From contig CAJQQZ010000030.1 in assembly GCA_905480575.1 (NCBI GenBank), positions 3,521 through 67,520 of the forward strand: a stretch of DNA of 64,000 nucleotides, given 5' to 3'. This document shows, one piece after another, positions 37,433 to 47,928 of the stretch; the stretch's first letter is position 1; the number at the start of each line of letters is the position of its first letter. The notes beneath the pieces are model-generated. The model saw nothing but the letters and a program-made list of their open reading frames with translations, did not search any database and had not been told where the DNA came from. The stretch comes from an uncultured Alphaproteobacteria bacterium. GTDB lineage: Bacteria; Pseudomonadota; Alphaproteobacteria; UBA7985; CAJQQZ01. Made by a program: the position numbers and the translations under genes.

Positions 37433-38173
37433 ATGGGCATTTTCCAAAACATTAAGTCTGTTAGTGGATTTCTTCTGGACCAAGTCATTCCACCCACTTG
37501 TCTGTCTTGCACAGAAACTGTGGGGAACTCAGCTGCACTCTGTCCAAATTGTTGGTCTTCGTTGACCTTTATCTCAGAGCCCTTTTGCCAGACCTGTGGC
37601 CTTCCATTCGACCTCGAGGACGACGATAACCAAGTCTGTGGACCTTGCTTGAAAAAAACTCCGCCCTACAGTCTGATGAGATCTTCGCTTATCTATGATG
37701 AAGCGAGCCGACCTATGATTCTGTCGTTCAAGCATGGAGACCAGTTAGATGCTTGCCCCACTTTTGCTAAGTGGCTCGCCACTGCCGACCCTTCGATGTT
37801 TCACGATGTTGATGTGGTCACTGCGGTTCCCTTGCACTGGCTACGTTTATTGAAGCGTCGATATAATCAGTCGGCGATGATGAGCAATGCGCTTGCTAAG
37901 ACTCAAAACTTAGGGGCAATACCGGATCTGTTGACCCGGCAACGCAACACCGCTAGCCAAGGGCACCTAACGCGAAATCAACGGCGCGCCAACGTCAGAG
38001 GTGCCTTTAGGATGAACCCTCGTTATCAAGCTTTTGTGGAAGACAAGGTAGTCTTGTTAGTCGATGACGTTTTGACGACTGGCGCCACGATCGAGGCCTG
38101 TTGTTTAGCTCTACGAAACGCGGGAGCTGCCGAAGTTAGAGTTCTAACACTTGCGCGCGCTTCCTCTTCATAA
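37433..38173 (+). CDS. ComF-family amidophosphoribosyltransferase
   Basis: Zn-ribbon CxxC pairs, VPLH, RRYNQS, R.ANVRGAF, LVDDVLTTGAT PRPP loop. Confidence 0.93.
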   Translation: MGIFQNIKSVSGFLLDQVIPPTCLSCTETVGNSAALCPNCWSSLTFISEPFCQTCGLPFDLEDDDNQVCGPCLKKTPPYSLMRSSLIYDEASRPMILSFKHGDQLDACPTFAKWLATADPSMFHDVDVVTAVPLHWLRLLKRRYNQSAMMSNALAKTQNLGAIPDLLTRQRNTASQGHLTRNQRRANVRGAFRMNPRYQAFVEDKVVLLVDDVLTTGATIEACCLALRNAGAAEVRVLTLARASSS

Positions 38174-38250
38174 CCCTAAACGCAAGGTGAAAGCTTGCCG
38201 ATCACCACAATTAGTCCTATTTATCGGCTCACACTTAACGATTTGGATTT

Positions 38251-38517
38251 ATGATGGCTGGCAAAGTAGAGTTATTTTTTAGAGATTTTTGCCCCTTTTG
38301 TAGCCGCGCCGAACGCTTGCTAGAATCAAAGGGTATCGATTTCGAAGCCATTAACATCTGGGAGCAAACCGACCGCAAGAATGAGATGATCCAACGCAGT
38401 GGCGGGAAAACGTCTGTGCCGCAAGTTTTTGTCGACGGTGATTATCTCGGCGATTGCGATGCGATCTTCAGGCTTGAAATGCAGGGCGAACTGGATGAAG
38501 CCCTCGGTCTTGCATGA
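38251..38517 (+). CDS. grxC: Glutaredoxin 3
   Basis: CPFC, SVPQVFV, GDCD. Confidence 0.9.
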   Translation: MMAGKVELFFRDFCPFCSRAERLLESKGIDFEAINIWEQTDRKNEMIQRSGGKTSVPQVFVDGDYLGDCDAIFRLEMQGELDEALGLA

Positions 38518-39341
38518 CGGCCAAGTTCACAGCCGCCTGCATCCAGTTATCGGTCAGCGATCAACCAGAGACCAATGCTGAAATTACCTCCGATCTGATC
38601 CGTGAGGCTCATCAAGAGTCAGATGCAGAGTTCTTTGTAACGCCTGAATGCACCAACATGATCGTGCCGGATCGCCAACGCCTTCGACAGCTTGTGACAA
38701 CCGAAGAAAATTGCCCCAGTCTTTGTGCGTTTAAAAGCCTGGCACAAGAACTGTCGATCTGGATTTGCGTTGGGTCGCTGTTGTTAAAAATTGAGGGTCA
38801 AGAGAAGCTCGTTAATCGACAGTTCTTGATCAATCCAGCAGGCAAGATTGTTAATCGTTACGACAAAATTCATATGTTTGACGTCGATATTCCTGACGGC
38901 CAAACATACAAAGAATCAGCGACCTATCAGGCAGGCACAAAACCGCAATTGTCAGACCTGCCTTGGGGCAAACTAGGTCATGGCATCTGCTACGATATGA
39001 GATTCCCTAAACTCTACCTCGGCCTTGCAGAAAGAGGTGCTGACTTCTTGCTCGCCCCTTCTGCTTTTACCGTTTTCACGGGCGAGGCCCATTGGCACAC
39101 ATTGCTCAAAGCACGTGCCATTGAGACCGGCTGTTTCGTCTTCGCTTCTGCCCAATGCGGAGAGCATGCCGAAGGCCGCAAAACTTATGGCCACTCTCTT
39201 ATTGTTTCGCCCTGGGGTGACATCTTGGTGGATGGCGGCACACATGTGGGCTGGTTCAGTGTGGAGATCGATGTTGATAGAGTGAAGGAGGCGCGAAATC
39301 GAGTTCCTTCATTGAGCAACCAAGTCGACCTCAATTTTTAA
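38514..39341 (+). CDS. Carbon-nitrogen hydrolase (Nit1-like)
   Basis: TPE, YDKIHMFDVD, ICYDMRFP, PSAFT.FTG.AHW, ARAIETG. Confidence 0.92.
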   Translation: MTAKFTAACIQLSVSDQPETNAEITSDLIREAHQESDAEFFVTPECTNMIVPDRQRLRQLVTTEENCPSLCAFKSLAQELSIWICVGSLLLKIEGQEKLVNRQFLINPAGKIVNRYDKIHMFDVDIPDGQTYKESATYQAGTKPQLSDLPWGKLGHGICYDMRFPKLYLGLAERGADFLLAPSAFTVFTGEAHWHTLLKARAIETGCFVFASAQCGEHAEGRKTYGHSLIVSPWGDILVDGGTHVGWFSVEIDVDRVKEARNRVPSLSNQVDLNF

Positions 39342-39891
39342 TCGCACAAATACGCTGTACAACAGCAGATCTTGGCGTGCCTAGCTCTACTGTTTCAAAA
39401 GCCTTTACGGTAAGATGAGCCTGGAAAGCATCGAGCAACTCATTCTCTTTCAGCAAGAAATCCGGATTACTAGGCCGTCCATAACGCTCATTACCGACAG
39501 CGAAAGTCTCATAGATCAGCACGCCTCCATCGGCCAACATAATAGGCAAAAGCGCTAAAAGTGGGCGATGAAGATAACGTGTCACAACAATCGCATCAAA
39601 CTGCCGTTCAAAAAGGGAAGTATGCCCTCCCTGCTCTAAATCGATTTCAAGAGCTTCCAGTTGGTCGTTATATTGCTCCGAAGGTAAACCAACCGCCGAC
39701 AGCAGAGAAATATCTCTATCGACCGCCACAACCGAAAATTCTTGTTCCAGAAAATAGCGACTATGCCGACCCTGGCCACAAGCAAGATCCAACACTTGCC
39801 CACCAGGTCGAATAAGGTGAGAGTGCCGTGTCACCCACTCAGACGGCAGAAAGCGATAGAGGGCCGGGTTATGGTCAAATCTTTCATTCAT
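39331..39891 (-). CDS. Class I SAM-dependent methyltransferase (TehB-like)
   Basis: VLDLACGQGRH, FDAIVVTRYLHRP, YETF, NPDFLL. Confidence 0.88.
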   Translation of the reverse strand: MNERFDHNPALYRFLPSEWVTRHSHLIRPGGQVLDLACGQGRHSRYFLEQEFSVVAVDRDISLLSAVGLPSEQYNDQLEALEIDLEQGGHTSLFERQFDAIVVTRYLHRPLLALLPIMLADGGVLIYETFAVGNERYGRPSNPDFLLKENELLDAFQAHLTVKAFETVELGTPRSAVVQRICAIKN

Positions 39892-39968
39892 AAAGCTTGG
39901 CGTATCCAGTCATAATTCCTATATATGGTCCCTCGGACAAGACCCTAACAGAGAACCTCTGCCTTACT

Positions 39969-40481
39969 ATGATCAAGTATTCTCTACAATGTTCAAACGG
40001 CCATGGATTCGATGGTTGGTTCAAAGACAGTGCTACTTTTGACCAACAATCAGCCTCAGGCCTGCTAACTTGTCCACAATGTGATGACCCCCATGTTGCC
40101 AAGACTTTGATGGCACCGCACATCGGCAACAATGCTGGCAAGAACCGTGGTGCGAGAGTTGCCGATACTCCTGCATCGCTACCGCCTGCACCAGCCCCTA
40201 TGCCAACGCCAGTTGCGGCTCCAGCACCCGTTGCATTCACACCGCAACAAGTTGAGGCCATCGAGCAAGTTGGGGAGATGGTCAAGAAGGTGAAGGAGCA
40301 CATCCTCAACACCTGTAAAGACGTGGGCAACAACCTGGCGGAAGAAGCGCGTAAAATGCACTACGGCGAAAAGAAATCCGAAGGCATTTACGGCACAGCC
40401 AGCCAAGACGACGTAGAAGAACTGTTAGACGAAGGCATAGAAGTGATGCCCGCGCCGTTTTTACAGAAACCGGACGCTTAG
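39969..40481 (+). CDS. DUF1178 family protein (start ATG 39969)
   Basis: MIKYSLQC..GHGFDGWF, LTCPQC..VAKTLMAP, VG.NLAEEARKMHYGE. Confidence 0.92.
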   Translation: MIKYSLQCSNGHGFDGWFKDSATFDQQSASGLLTCPQCDDPHVAKTLMAPHIGNNAGKNRGARVADTPASLPPAPAPMPTPVAAPAPVAFTPQQVEAIEQVGEMVKKVKEHILNTCKDVGNNLAEEARKMHYGEKKSEGIYGTASQDDVEELLDEGIEVMPAPFLQKPDA

Positions 40482-41242
40482 TCCGGCGGGCAGTCGGAAT
40501 AATTCTTGATCAAAGCGAAATAGTTCACTGCAGTATCAGAACCCAATGTCCAAACAGCAGTGATTGGATTGTAGGTTCCGCCCTTGACCTCGACCAAATC
40601 CAAACCAGCATCATCTACCCAGATATCCATTTGCTCTGGAGTGACGAATTTTCGCCAATCATGGGTGCCTTTTGGCAACCAGCCTAGAATGTACTCCGCC
40701 GCAACGATTCCTAAAGCAAAAGATTTTGCGGTTTTGTTCAATGTCGACATTACCATCATGCCGTCGGGTTTCATAAGGTTTGCACAAGACTTCACAAAGT
40801 CTGCTGGCTCTGCAACGTGCTCGATGATTTCCATTGCCAAAACAACATCGAAGCGCTTTTCCTCTTCTAACAAAGCTTCAGCTGTCATCGCTCGATATTT
40901 AATTTCTAAGCCACTTTCCTTAGCATGAAGGCGTGCAACCTCGATGTTGCGTTCTGAAGCATCGACCCCCGTGACCTCGGCACCAAGACGGCTAAAAGGT
41001 TCAGACAACAGTCCGCCACCAGAGCCAATATCCAGGACTTGTAACCCTTTGAAAGGCTCGTACGACTGAGCATCGCAGCCGAAATGTTCGATCATCCGAT
41101 CGCGGATAAAAGCGAGACGCAGCGGGTTCATTTTGTGAAGAGGGGCGAACTTACCCTTGGGGTCCCACCATTCTTCCGCCATTCGAGCAAATTTGTCTAC
41201 CTCGGCTTGATCGATGGACGAATCCAACACCGCTTCTTTCAT
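40478..41242 (-). CDS. ubiG: Ubiquinone biosynthesis O-methyltransferase
   Basis: WWDPKGKFAPLHKMNPLRL, LDIGSGGG, MEIIEHV, LPKGTHDW. Confidence 0.95.
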   Translation of the reverse strand: MKEAVLDSSIDQAEVDKFARMAEEWWDPKGKFAPLHKMNPLRLAFIRDRMIEHFGCDAQSYEPFKGLQVLDIGSGGGLLSEPFSRLGAEVTGVDASERNIEVARLHAKESGLEIKYRAMTAEALLEEEKRFDVVLAMEIIEHVAEPADFVKSCANLMKPDGMMVMSTLNKTAKSFALGIVAAEYILGWLPKGTHDWRKFVTPEQMDIWVDDAGLDLVEVKGGTYNPITAVWTLGSDTAVNYFALIKNYSDCPPD

Positions 41243-41390
41243 TGAAATTTTCTTTCTCCGACGCGGCTTTTGGGCCGCTCTAACTCTAACCTTGCGTCTT
41301 TCGTATGCTCAGAGTAAACGTAGCGCAAATTTTCTCTTATTTTACATCTAGTAGGTAGCAGCCGATATTTCCAGAGGCTGACTAAACAAA

Positions 41391-42620
41391 ATGGCAAGAG
41401 TAGTAATGAAATTCGGCGGCACTTCTGTCGCTGATCTAGATCGAATTCGCAATGTCGCCAAGCGCGTCAAAGCAGAGTACGACAAAGGCAACGAAGTCGC
41501 TGTCGTGGTATCCGCTATGTCGGGCGTTACCAATCAACTGGTAGCTTACTGCCAAGACGCAGGCGAACTCTACGACACCAGAGAATACGACACTATCGTT
41601 TCTACTGGAGAGCAAGTGACAGTTGGCTTGTTATCAATCGTTCTGCAAGGCATGGGCGTGAATGCCCGATCCTGGCTTGGATGGCAGTTGCCCTTCCGAA
41701 CGGATAATTCTCACGGCAATGCCCAGATCAAAGAGATCAACACCAGCGAAATCGAGGAGCGCTTTAAGGAAGGTCAAGTTGCCGTGATGGCGGGCTTCCA
41801 AGGCGTGTCTCCGAACAATCGCATCGCGACGTTAGGTCGAGGTGGATCAGACACGTCTGCTGTGGCTCTCGCCGCTGCGATGAATGCTGACCGCTGTGAC
41901 ATCTACACGGACGTCGATGGTGTTTACACGACCGACCCACGCATCACGCCCAAAGCACGCAAGATTGACCGCATCACTTACGAGGAGATGCTAGAGTTGG
42001 CCTCCGTCGGTGCGAAAGTGCTGCAAACCCGTTCCGTTTCGATGGCCATGCGCTACAACACAAGACTACAAGTCTTATCTAGCTTTGAGGACAAACCCGG
42101 CACATTAGTGTGTGGAGAGGATGAAGTTATGGAAGAAAATATTGTAACCGGTATCGCCTATAGCCGCGACGAAGCGAAAATCACACTCAGAGGGATTTCC
42201 GACAATCCAGGGATCGCTTCCTCCATCTTTGGCGCCATGGGTGATGCAGCGATCAACGTCGACATGATTGTTCAAACACTCTCCGAAGAAAACCGATCAA
42301 CCGACATGTCTTTCACGGTTGGCCGAGCCGATCTAAAACGCGCCGTTAACGCGCTGGAAGCCATTCGAAGTAAAATCAATTGTGACGCCATTGAAAGTGA
42401 TGCGACAGTTGCGAAAGTATCCGTGGTCGGTGTTGGCATGCGCAGTCACGCCGGTGTCGCACAAAGAATGTTTGCGACCCTTGCGGATAAAGGCATCAAT
42501 ATCCAATTAATCTCCACGTCCGAGATCAAAGTCAGTGTTTTGATCGCAGAAGAATATTTGGAATTGGCCGTCCGCTCGCTTCACACTGCTTATGGGCTCG
42601 ACAACGAAGAAGCGGCATAA
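41391..42620 (+). CDS. lysC: Aspartate kinase (alpha/beta type)
   Basis: VMKFGGTSV, TLGRGGSDTSA, YTDVDG..TDPRI, two ACT domains, ISTSEIKVSV. Confidence 0.97.
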   Translation: MARVVMKFGGTSVADLDRIRNVAKRVKAEYDKGNEVAVVVSAMSGVTNQLVAYCQDAGELYDTREYDTIVSTGEQVTVGLLSIVLQGMGVNARSWLGWQLPFRTDNSHGNAQIKEINTSEIEERFKEGQVAVMAGFQGVSPNNRIATLGRGGSDTSAVALAAAMNADRCDIYTDVDGVYTTDPRITPKARKIDRITYEEMLELASVGAKVLQTRSVSMAMRYNTRLQVLSSFEDKPGTLVCGEDEVMEENIVTGIAYSRDEAKITLRGISDNPGIASSIFGAMGDAAINVDMIVQTLSEENRSTDMSFTVGRADLKRAVNALEAIRSKINCDAIESDATVAKVSVVGVGMRSHAGVAQRMFATLADKGINIQLISTSEIKVSVLIAEEYLELAVRSLHTAYGLDNEEAA

Positions 42621-42659
42621 AGCTCAGGATTGATCTCAATCCTTAGAAAGTGAGGGGTT

Positions 42660-44936
42660 ATGGCCCCAACAGTAAATTGGAGTGGAAGCAGGCAACTGCT
42701 GAGGCAACTGCGCGACACCATGCGGTCCAGCGGTAGCGCTGAATCTCGCCTCCAAACTATTGTTGAAGTCATCGCTTCAGAGATGAAGGCTTCTGTTTGT
42801 TCCTGCTATATCACGCGTGCTGGTGAAGTTTTGGAGCTGGTTGCTACACAGGGCCTCAATCGGTCTGCAATCCACCAAACAAGATTGAGGATCGGCGAAG
42901 GCCTCGTCGGTATAGTTGCTGCACGGGAGCAAACAGAAGCCTTTGAGGACGCCCCTTCTCATCCACAGTTCGCCTACCGTCCGGAAACAGGTGAAGATCC
43001 ATTTCATTCGTTGCTTGGCATCCCTATTCTACGTTCAGAGCGTTTGCTTGGTGTCTTGGTTATCCAGAGCCTGGAAGCACGACGTTTTGAGGAAGATGAA
43101 CGCGAAAGCCTAGAAACTATCGCCATGCTGCTAGCCGAATTGATCGCCAGTAGCGAGTTCTTAAGCGACCTCGAAAAACGCGGCATTGATTATCAAACCG
43201 TCGGAACACCACGGCTTGTCGGGCAAGGTTTGGTCAAAGGCTTCGCGCGCGGGTTTGTTGCCTACCATGATCAGGAGATCCTCATTCGTCGGTTTGTGGC
43301 CGAGAATGAAACAGAAGAACAGGATCGTTTGAGCGCGGCAATGAAAGCCCTCCAGCTTTCACTCGAAAATCTTAGCAAGATGGGTGCTGTTGCTGGCGAC
43401 CAGCAAAGCCGCGAAATCATGAATGCCTATAAGACCATTGCCGCTGATCGTGGCTGGCTTCGCAAAATTCGTGAGGCGATCAAAACTGGCCTAACGGCAG
43501 AAGCAGCGCTGCATAGAACCATCACAGACTACCGCGCTCGGTTTAACCAAATCACCGACCCCTATCTTAAGGAACGTGTAGCAGACATCAACGATATCGC
43601 TACGAGACTGATGAAACATCTCGTTGAGCAAAGTGAAGGAGGAGTTATTCGTGATAAGGACCTTGGCAATAGGACTATTCTAGCGGCCAAAACACTCGGC
43701 CCTGCGGAGCTGCTGGACTACAACCCAGAAAACCTCTCCGCTATCCTGCTCGAAGAAGGCAGTGCCAACGCACATGCCGTCATTCTCGCTAAGTCGATGA
43801 ACATTCCCGTTATTGCGCGGATCAAAAACCTGTTCAATACTATCAATGATGGCGATGAGGTTCTGGTCAATGCTCATGAAAATTCCGTCATTGTACGGCC
43901 CAGAAACGCTGTCGCTGACTTGTTTGAAGAATCAGTTCAAGCCTTCCACCGCCGCCGCAGCGAAGATGGGGCGCAAAGTGCGTTACCTTCAATCACAAAA
44001 GACGAAAAAGAGGTTGGCCTTTTCGTGAATGCTGGGTTGATGATGGACGTCGCTCATTTGGAGGAAACAGGAGCGGCTGGCATCGGCCTCTTTCGAACCG
44101 AGTTAGCGTTTATGGCGAGACAGGGTTTCCCCACTGTAGAAGAGCAAACCGAATTTTACACTTCTGTGATGAACAGCGCAGGCCAAAAAGCCGTCAATTT
44201 CCGCACACTCGACGTCGGTGGTGACAAGGTTCTCCCCTATTGGAGCAATGGGCACGAAGAAAACCCGGCCATGGGTTGGCGGGCCATTCGGGTAGGATTG
44301 GATCGCCCTGCCATGCTTCGCCAACAGCTGAGGGGCCTGATTAGAGCCGGTGACGGCAAGGCACTCAGGGTCATGTTTCCTATGATCTCTGAAGCGTCGG
44401 AATTTTTCCGCGCGAAAGAAATCTTTGATCTCGAGTTAGCACATGAAAAAGCGAGCAGAGACGTCGAGCCCAACTCTGTGTCCGTTGGTATCATGCTGGA
44501 GGTTCCCGGCCTCATTTGGCAATTGGATCAATTGGCGCCTCACCTGGATTTCATATCTGTTGGCACCAATGATCTCCTACAGTTCGCCTTCGCAGCGGAT
44601 CGTAACAACCCGCAACTTAGTAACCGTTTCGATACCCTTTCACCGGCGGCGCTCGCGCTGTTGAAGTCAGTCGCGGAATGCGGAAACCGTCACGGCGTAA
44701 CCACAACGGTTTGCGGTGAAATTGCCGGCTCGCCGCTGGAAGCAATGGCTTTGATTGGATGTGGGTTCAACAATTTTTCGATGTCGTGGTCCTCTGTATC
44801 AGCCGTAAAAGCGATGGTGAGAAGCCTAGATAGTCAAGCGATTGCTGAATACGTCGAGTATACTTTGACGCGCAGTTACCAGAGTCTAAGGCAGCCACTT
44901 CTGGCTTTCGCCAAGGACCACGCTGTCCGCTTATGA
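42660..44936 (+). CDS. ptsP: Enzyme I-Ntr, GAF domain plus PEP-protein phosphotransferase
   Basis: N-terminal GAF (CSCY..GEGLVG..FHSLLG.P), SANAHAVI phospho-His, GIGLFRTE, FRTLDVGGDK, SVGTNDL. Confidence 0.96.
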   Translation: MAPTVNWSGSRQLLRQLRDTMRSSGSAESRLQTIVEVIASEMKASVCSCYITRAGEVLELVATQGLNRSAIHQTRLRIGEGLVGIVAAREQTEAFEDAPSHPQFAYRPETGEDPFHSLLGIPILRSERLLGVLVIQSLEARRFEEDERESLETIAMLLAELIASSEFLSDLEKRGIDYQTVGTPRLVGQGLVKGFARGFVAYHDQEILIRRFVAENETEEQDRLSAAMKALQLSLENLSKMGAVAGDQQSREIMNAYKTIAADRGWLRKIREAIKTGLTAEAALHRTITDYRARFNQITDPYLKERVADINDIATRLMKHLVEQSEGGVIRDKDLGNRTILAAKTLGPAELLDYNPENLSAILLEEGSANAHAVILAKSMNIPVIARIKNLFNTINDGDEVLVNAHENSVIVRPRNAVADLFEESVQAFHRRRSEDGAQSALPSITKDEKEVGLFVNAGLMMDVAHLEETGAAGIGLFRTELAFMARQGFPTVEEQTEFYTSVMNSAGQKAVNFRTLDVGGDKVLPYWSNGHEENPAMGWRAIRVGLDRPAMLRQQLRGLIRAGDGKALRVMFPMISEASEFFRAKEIFDLELAHEKASRDVEPNSVSVGIMLEVPGLIWQLDQLAPHLDFISVGTNDLLQFAFAADRNNPQLSNRFDTLSPAALALLKSVAECGNRHGVTTTVCGEIAGSPLEAMALIGCGFNNFSMSWSSVSAVKAMVRSLDSQAIAEYVEYTLTRSYQSLRQPLLAFAKDHAVRL

Positions 44937-46037
44937 GCCATAATGCTCGCTCTGCATTTCGATCATGCGGCTGACTGTGCGCTGAAACTCAAAAGAGCCA
45001 TCACCGCTGGGATAAAGTTGCTCAGGGGCTGCATCAGCACCGATCACCACCTGGATCCGTCGATCATAGAGAGCATCAATCAGGGTCATGAACCGGCGAG
45101 CCTCGTTGCGACGGTCCGGCCCCATCCGTGGCACACCAACGATGATCAATGTGTCAAATTCCTGGGTTAACTTCAAATAGTCAGCGGTCCCCAGAGCACG
45201 GCCACAAAGATCGTGGAAATTGAAAAGAGCCACTCTTCCGTTTGCACGTGGCACAACCAGTTCGCGTCGACCAACCATGACGGTCCTGGGTTCACCCAAT
45301 TCGCCGCCAGTAAGCGCCGTGAAGCTATCCAACAATCGGTTTTCAGTCACTTGATCATTTGGCACAAAATATGTGTCCGGCAACCGCATGTTCAGGACAC
45401 GGTAATCACTCTTATGATCAACCAAGACCTGATCTGTCGTTTCTTTCAGTAGAGCAATAAAAGGTAAAAACCGTTCCCTTTGCAAGCCACCTTCATAGAG
45501 CCGGTCAGGCGGAAAGTTCGACGTCATAACCATGATTGTGCCGTGGCTTTGCAGCGCCTGGTAAAGCCGACCGAGGATCATCGCATCGGCAATGTTGTTT
45601 ATGACGAACTCGTCAAAACAAAGCACCTGAGATTCTTGGGCAATTTCAGCAGCCAAGGGCGCAATCGCATCTTCACTGTCAGGTTCTTTACTCCGCCTTG
45701 CATGAATACGGTTGTGGACCTCTAGCATAAAAGCATGAAAATGAACTCTGCGCTTGCTCACACCTTCTAACGAATCGTGAAACAAATCCATTATTGTCGT
45801 TTTACCGCGGCCAACAGGGCCGTAGAGATAAACATTTTTCAGCTCAGGTTCTTTTGATTTGCCTAGGTTAACCAGGCGAGAAAAGAGCCCCTTCTTTCCG
45901 CTACTCTTATCCTCCAGGCGTTGTTGCAAACGGTCAAGCACCGTCGCCGCCATTTCCTGACTGGGATTGGCTTTGAAAAGGCCGTCGCTCACCTGTTGGT
46001 GATAGCGTTCAAGAGTTCCTCTTGTCTGTTCCGACAT
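44931..46037 (-). CDS. zapE: AFG1/ZapE-family ATPase
   Basis: YLYGPVGRGKT, RVHFHAFM, LCFDEF, TSNFPP, RRFMTLIDALY, RTVSRMIEM. Confidence 0.95.
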   Translation of the reverse strand: MSEQTRGTLERYHQQVSDGLFKANPSQEMAATVLDRLQQRLEDKSSGKKGLFSRLVNLGKSKEPELKNVYLYGPVGRGKTTIMDLFHDSLEGVSKRRVHFHAFMLEVHNRIHARRSKEPDSEDAIAPLAAEIAQESQVLCFDEFVINNIADAMILGRLYQALQSHGTIMVMTSNFPPDRLYEGGLQRERFLPFIALLKETTDQVLVDHKSDYRVLNMRLPDTYFVPNDQVTENRLLDSFTALTGGELGEPRTVMVGRRELVVPRANGRVALFNFHDLCGRALGTADYLKLTQEFDTLIIVGVPRMGPDRRNEARRFMTLIDALYDRRIQVVIGADAAPEQLYPSGDGSFEFQRTVSRMIEMQSEHYGS

Positions 46038-46107
46038 GGTTGCTCAACAAATCTTAGAAAACAAATCTAGGGCGGTTAGTTGGCACAGCTAAGTACCTTA
46101 TTCAAGC

Positions 46108-46132
46108 AAAAGCCCTCCGCATAGGGAGGGCT
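46108..46132 (-). terminator. Intrinsic terminator after the 46159-47928 gene
   Basis: GCCCTCC-gcatag-GGAGGGC stem preceded by A4 on +. Confidence 0.65.
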
Positions 46133-46158
46133 CGAGCTTTTGACGATTATTGGAAAGC

Positions 46159-47928
46159 CTAGAATGGCATTGGTTTGCCATTCACTGTCAACGTACCGGC
46201 TTCATCAATTTTAATGTTGTAGACGAAAGTATCATCGCCCGCTGCTTCGCCGAAGATCTGAGCGACTGGTAAGCCGGAAATCAGCACGCTAGCGCGTTTT
46301 GCAGCGCTACGATCTTTTCCAGCAGCCACTTCTTGCGCCACAGCCGTAATAGACTGGAAACCCTTCACGAAAATTTGCATCTCGCCCAGTGCGAAGAGCG
46401 GTGAACTCGGGTCAACATTGAAAGCACCGTCAACGTCAACTTTAAACAAATCACCCAAGATGTGAGAGGCTGGAACAACAATCTTTGGAGGCGACCCAAA
46501 GAAAACACCCATCAGGGCTGGAGCAGAGGCTTCTAACGCATTTTCCAATCCTGTGCTGTCGAGAAGCCCGCCTTCAATCGGTTGCTCCGCTAAGGCTTCT
46601 TTCAGTCCTGCCAATGGCAAGTCCTCAAAACGAATTGAAAGGTTGGTATCTTGTGGAATAAGTCCAGAAGTCAATTTGTCCAGGAATTCATTGAGCGTGA
46701 CATCCTTTGAACGAATGTTCATCGCAAGTACGGCACCCGATTCGCGGACATCGGTTAAGGCTAGTTCAAAGTTTCCGGTTTCTGCTCTCATTGACTTTTT
46801 GCTGCCTGGGCGGACGACCGTCAAACCAGTACCAGAAGCTTGAAAACTGGCGCTATTGAAATTCATATAAACATTAAGCAAGTCACCCATAGTGGCAACG
46901 GCATCTTCTCCAGTCGTGAAGAGTTTTTTCGAGGCTGCCTGATAGAGTGGGCCATCAATGTTCGACATCAGACCTTCATACTTTGCGGAATCGAGAGAAA
47001 CATTTCCCTCCGTTGTATTGATGGCGACCTCATTCATGCTTGAAACCAAAGCGTAGCTGCCGTCAGTGGCTGAGAGCATGTCGTTGGCTGTCACAGAAAG
47101 CTGGAGATCACCGAAAGCCAGATTCAATTTTTCTTCAGGCACGGCCATCTTGAAATTAGAAAGTTGCAGCGAGGCGTCGCTGTAATCGAATTCTATATCA
47201 ATCATTGAAGTTACAGATTGAAGTTTCGAAAGGTCATCCGGATTGAAGTTACCATCTTCGTCACGGAATCCTTCAACAACATTGGAATAGAGAGCAAAGA
47301 GATCATAGCTTTGCTCGCCATTGATCGAACCACCTAGAGCAATGTTATCGAGCGAAATTGTGATCTTTTCATCTAAATGAATGAAGTTCAAATTCTCCAA
47401 ACTCCAATCGAGCTGTTGATCACCCGCCCCTGCCAGCGTTAGCGCCATAGCACCCGTGCTCAAAATACCTTCGTCGTCGGCGACTTTCAGCGATGTGTAA
47501 CCCCAGCTAAGGTCTTTGTAAGATTGGCTTTCAACCGACCAAAGCCCGCGCCATGTGTAGCCTTCCAGCTGAATTTGCGGTCCGCCTTCAATTTGTAAAC
47601 TGGATGGGAATTCTTGGCTTTCAACGCGATATTGACCTTCGCCAACTGGCTCCATCGTGAAGCTGAAGTTTCCAACTCTGAGGTTTGAGCCCAAAAAGGC
47701 GTCATTAACCGTGACAGTGAAATAGCCGCCTTCATCAGCAACATTTACGTCGCCATGCTCCCAGGGACCAATGACAGCCACTGACATCACGCGAGAGAGA
47801 TTGTCTTCAACGTGTTTACCAACAGCGCCGGCATCAAGAGACTGAGCTTGGGCTGTTGCAACCGACAGTGATGCTACAATAACAAAAGCCAAATAACGAA
47901 AGAGGCGCATAGGTTCGAAACCTTTCAA
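46159..47928 (-). CDS. Exported beta-rich hypothetical protein (DUF2125/YdgA-like architecture)
   Basis: Signal peptide ending ATAQA; alternating hydrophobic beta-strand pattern; C-terminal G.LTVNGKPM. Confidence 0.7.
   Translation of the reverse strand: MKGFEPMRLFRYLAFVIVASLSVATAQAQSLDAGAVGKHVEDNLSRVMSVAVIGPWEHGDVNVADEGGYFTVTVNDAFLGSNLRVGNFSFTMEPVGEGQYRVESQEFPSSLQIEGGPQIQLEGYTWRGLWSVESQSYKDLSWGYTSLKVADDEGILSTGAMALTLAGAGDQQLDWSLENLNFIHLDEKITISLDNIALGGSINGEQSYDLFALYSNVVEGFRDEDGNFNPDDLSKLQSVTSMIDIEFDYSDASLQLSNFKMAVPEEKLNLAFGDLQLSVTANDMLSATDGSYALVSSMNEVAINTTEGNVSLDSAKYEGLMSNIDGPLYQAASKKLFTTGEDAVATMGDLLNVYMNFNSASFQASGTGLTVVRPGSKKSMRAETGNFELALTDVRESGAVLAMNIRSKDVTLNEFLDKLTSGLIPQDTNLSIRFEDLPLAGLKEALAEQPIEGGLLDSTGLENALEASAPALMGVFFGSPPKIVVPASHILGDLFKVDVDGAFNVDPSSPLFALGEMQIFVKGFQSITAVAQEVAAGKDRSAAKRASVLISGLPVAQIFGEAAGDDTFVYNIKIDEAGTLTVNGKPMPF

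Noticed and set aside
44931-44936. Overlap of ptsP and zapE 3' ends
   Set aside because: A 6-nt convergent stop overlap is common in compact genomes.
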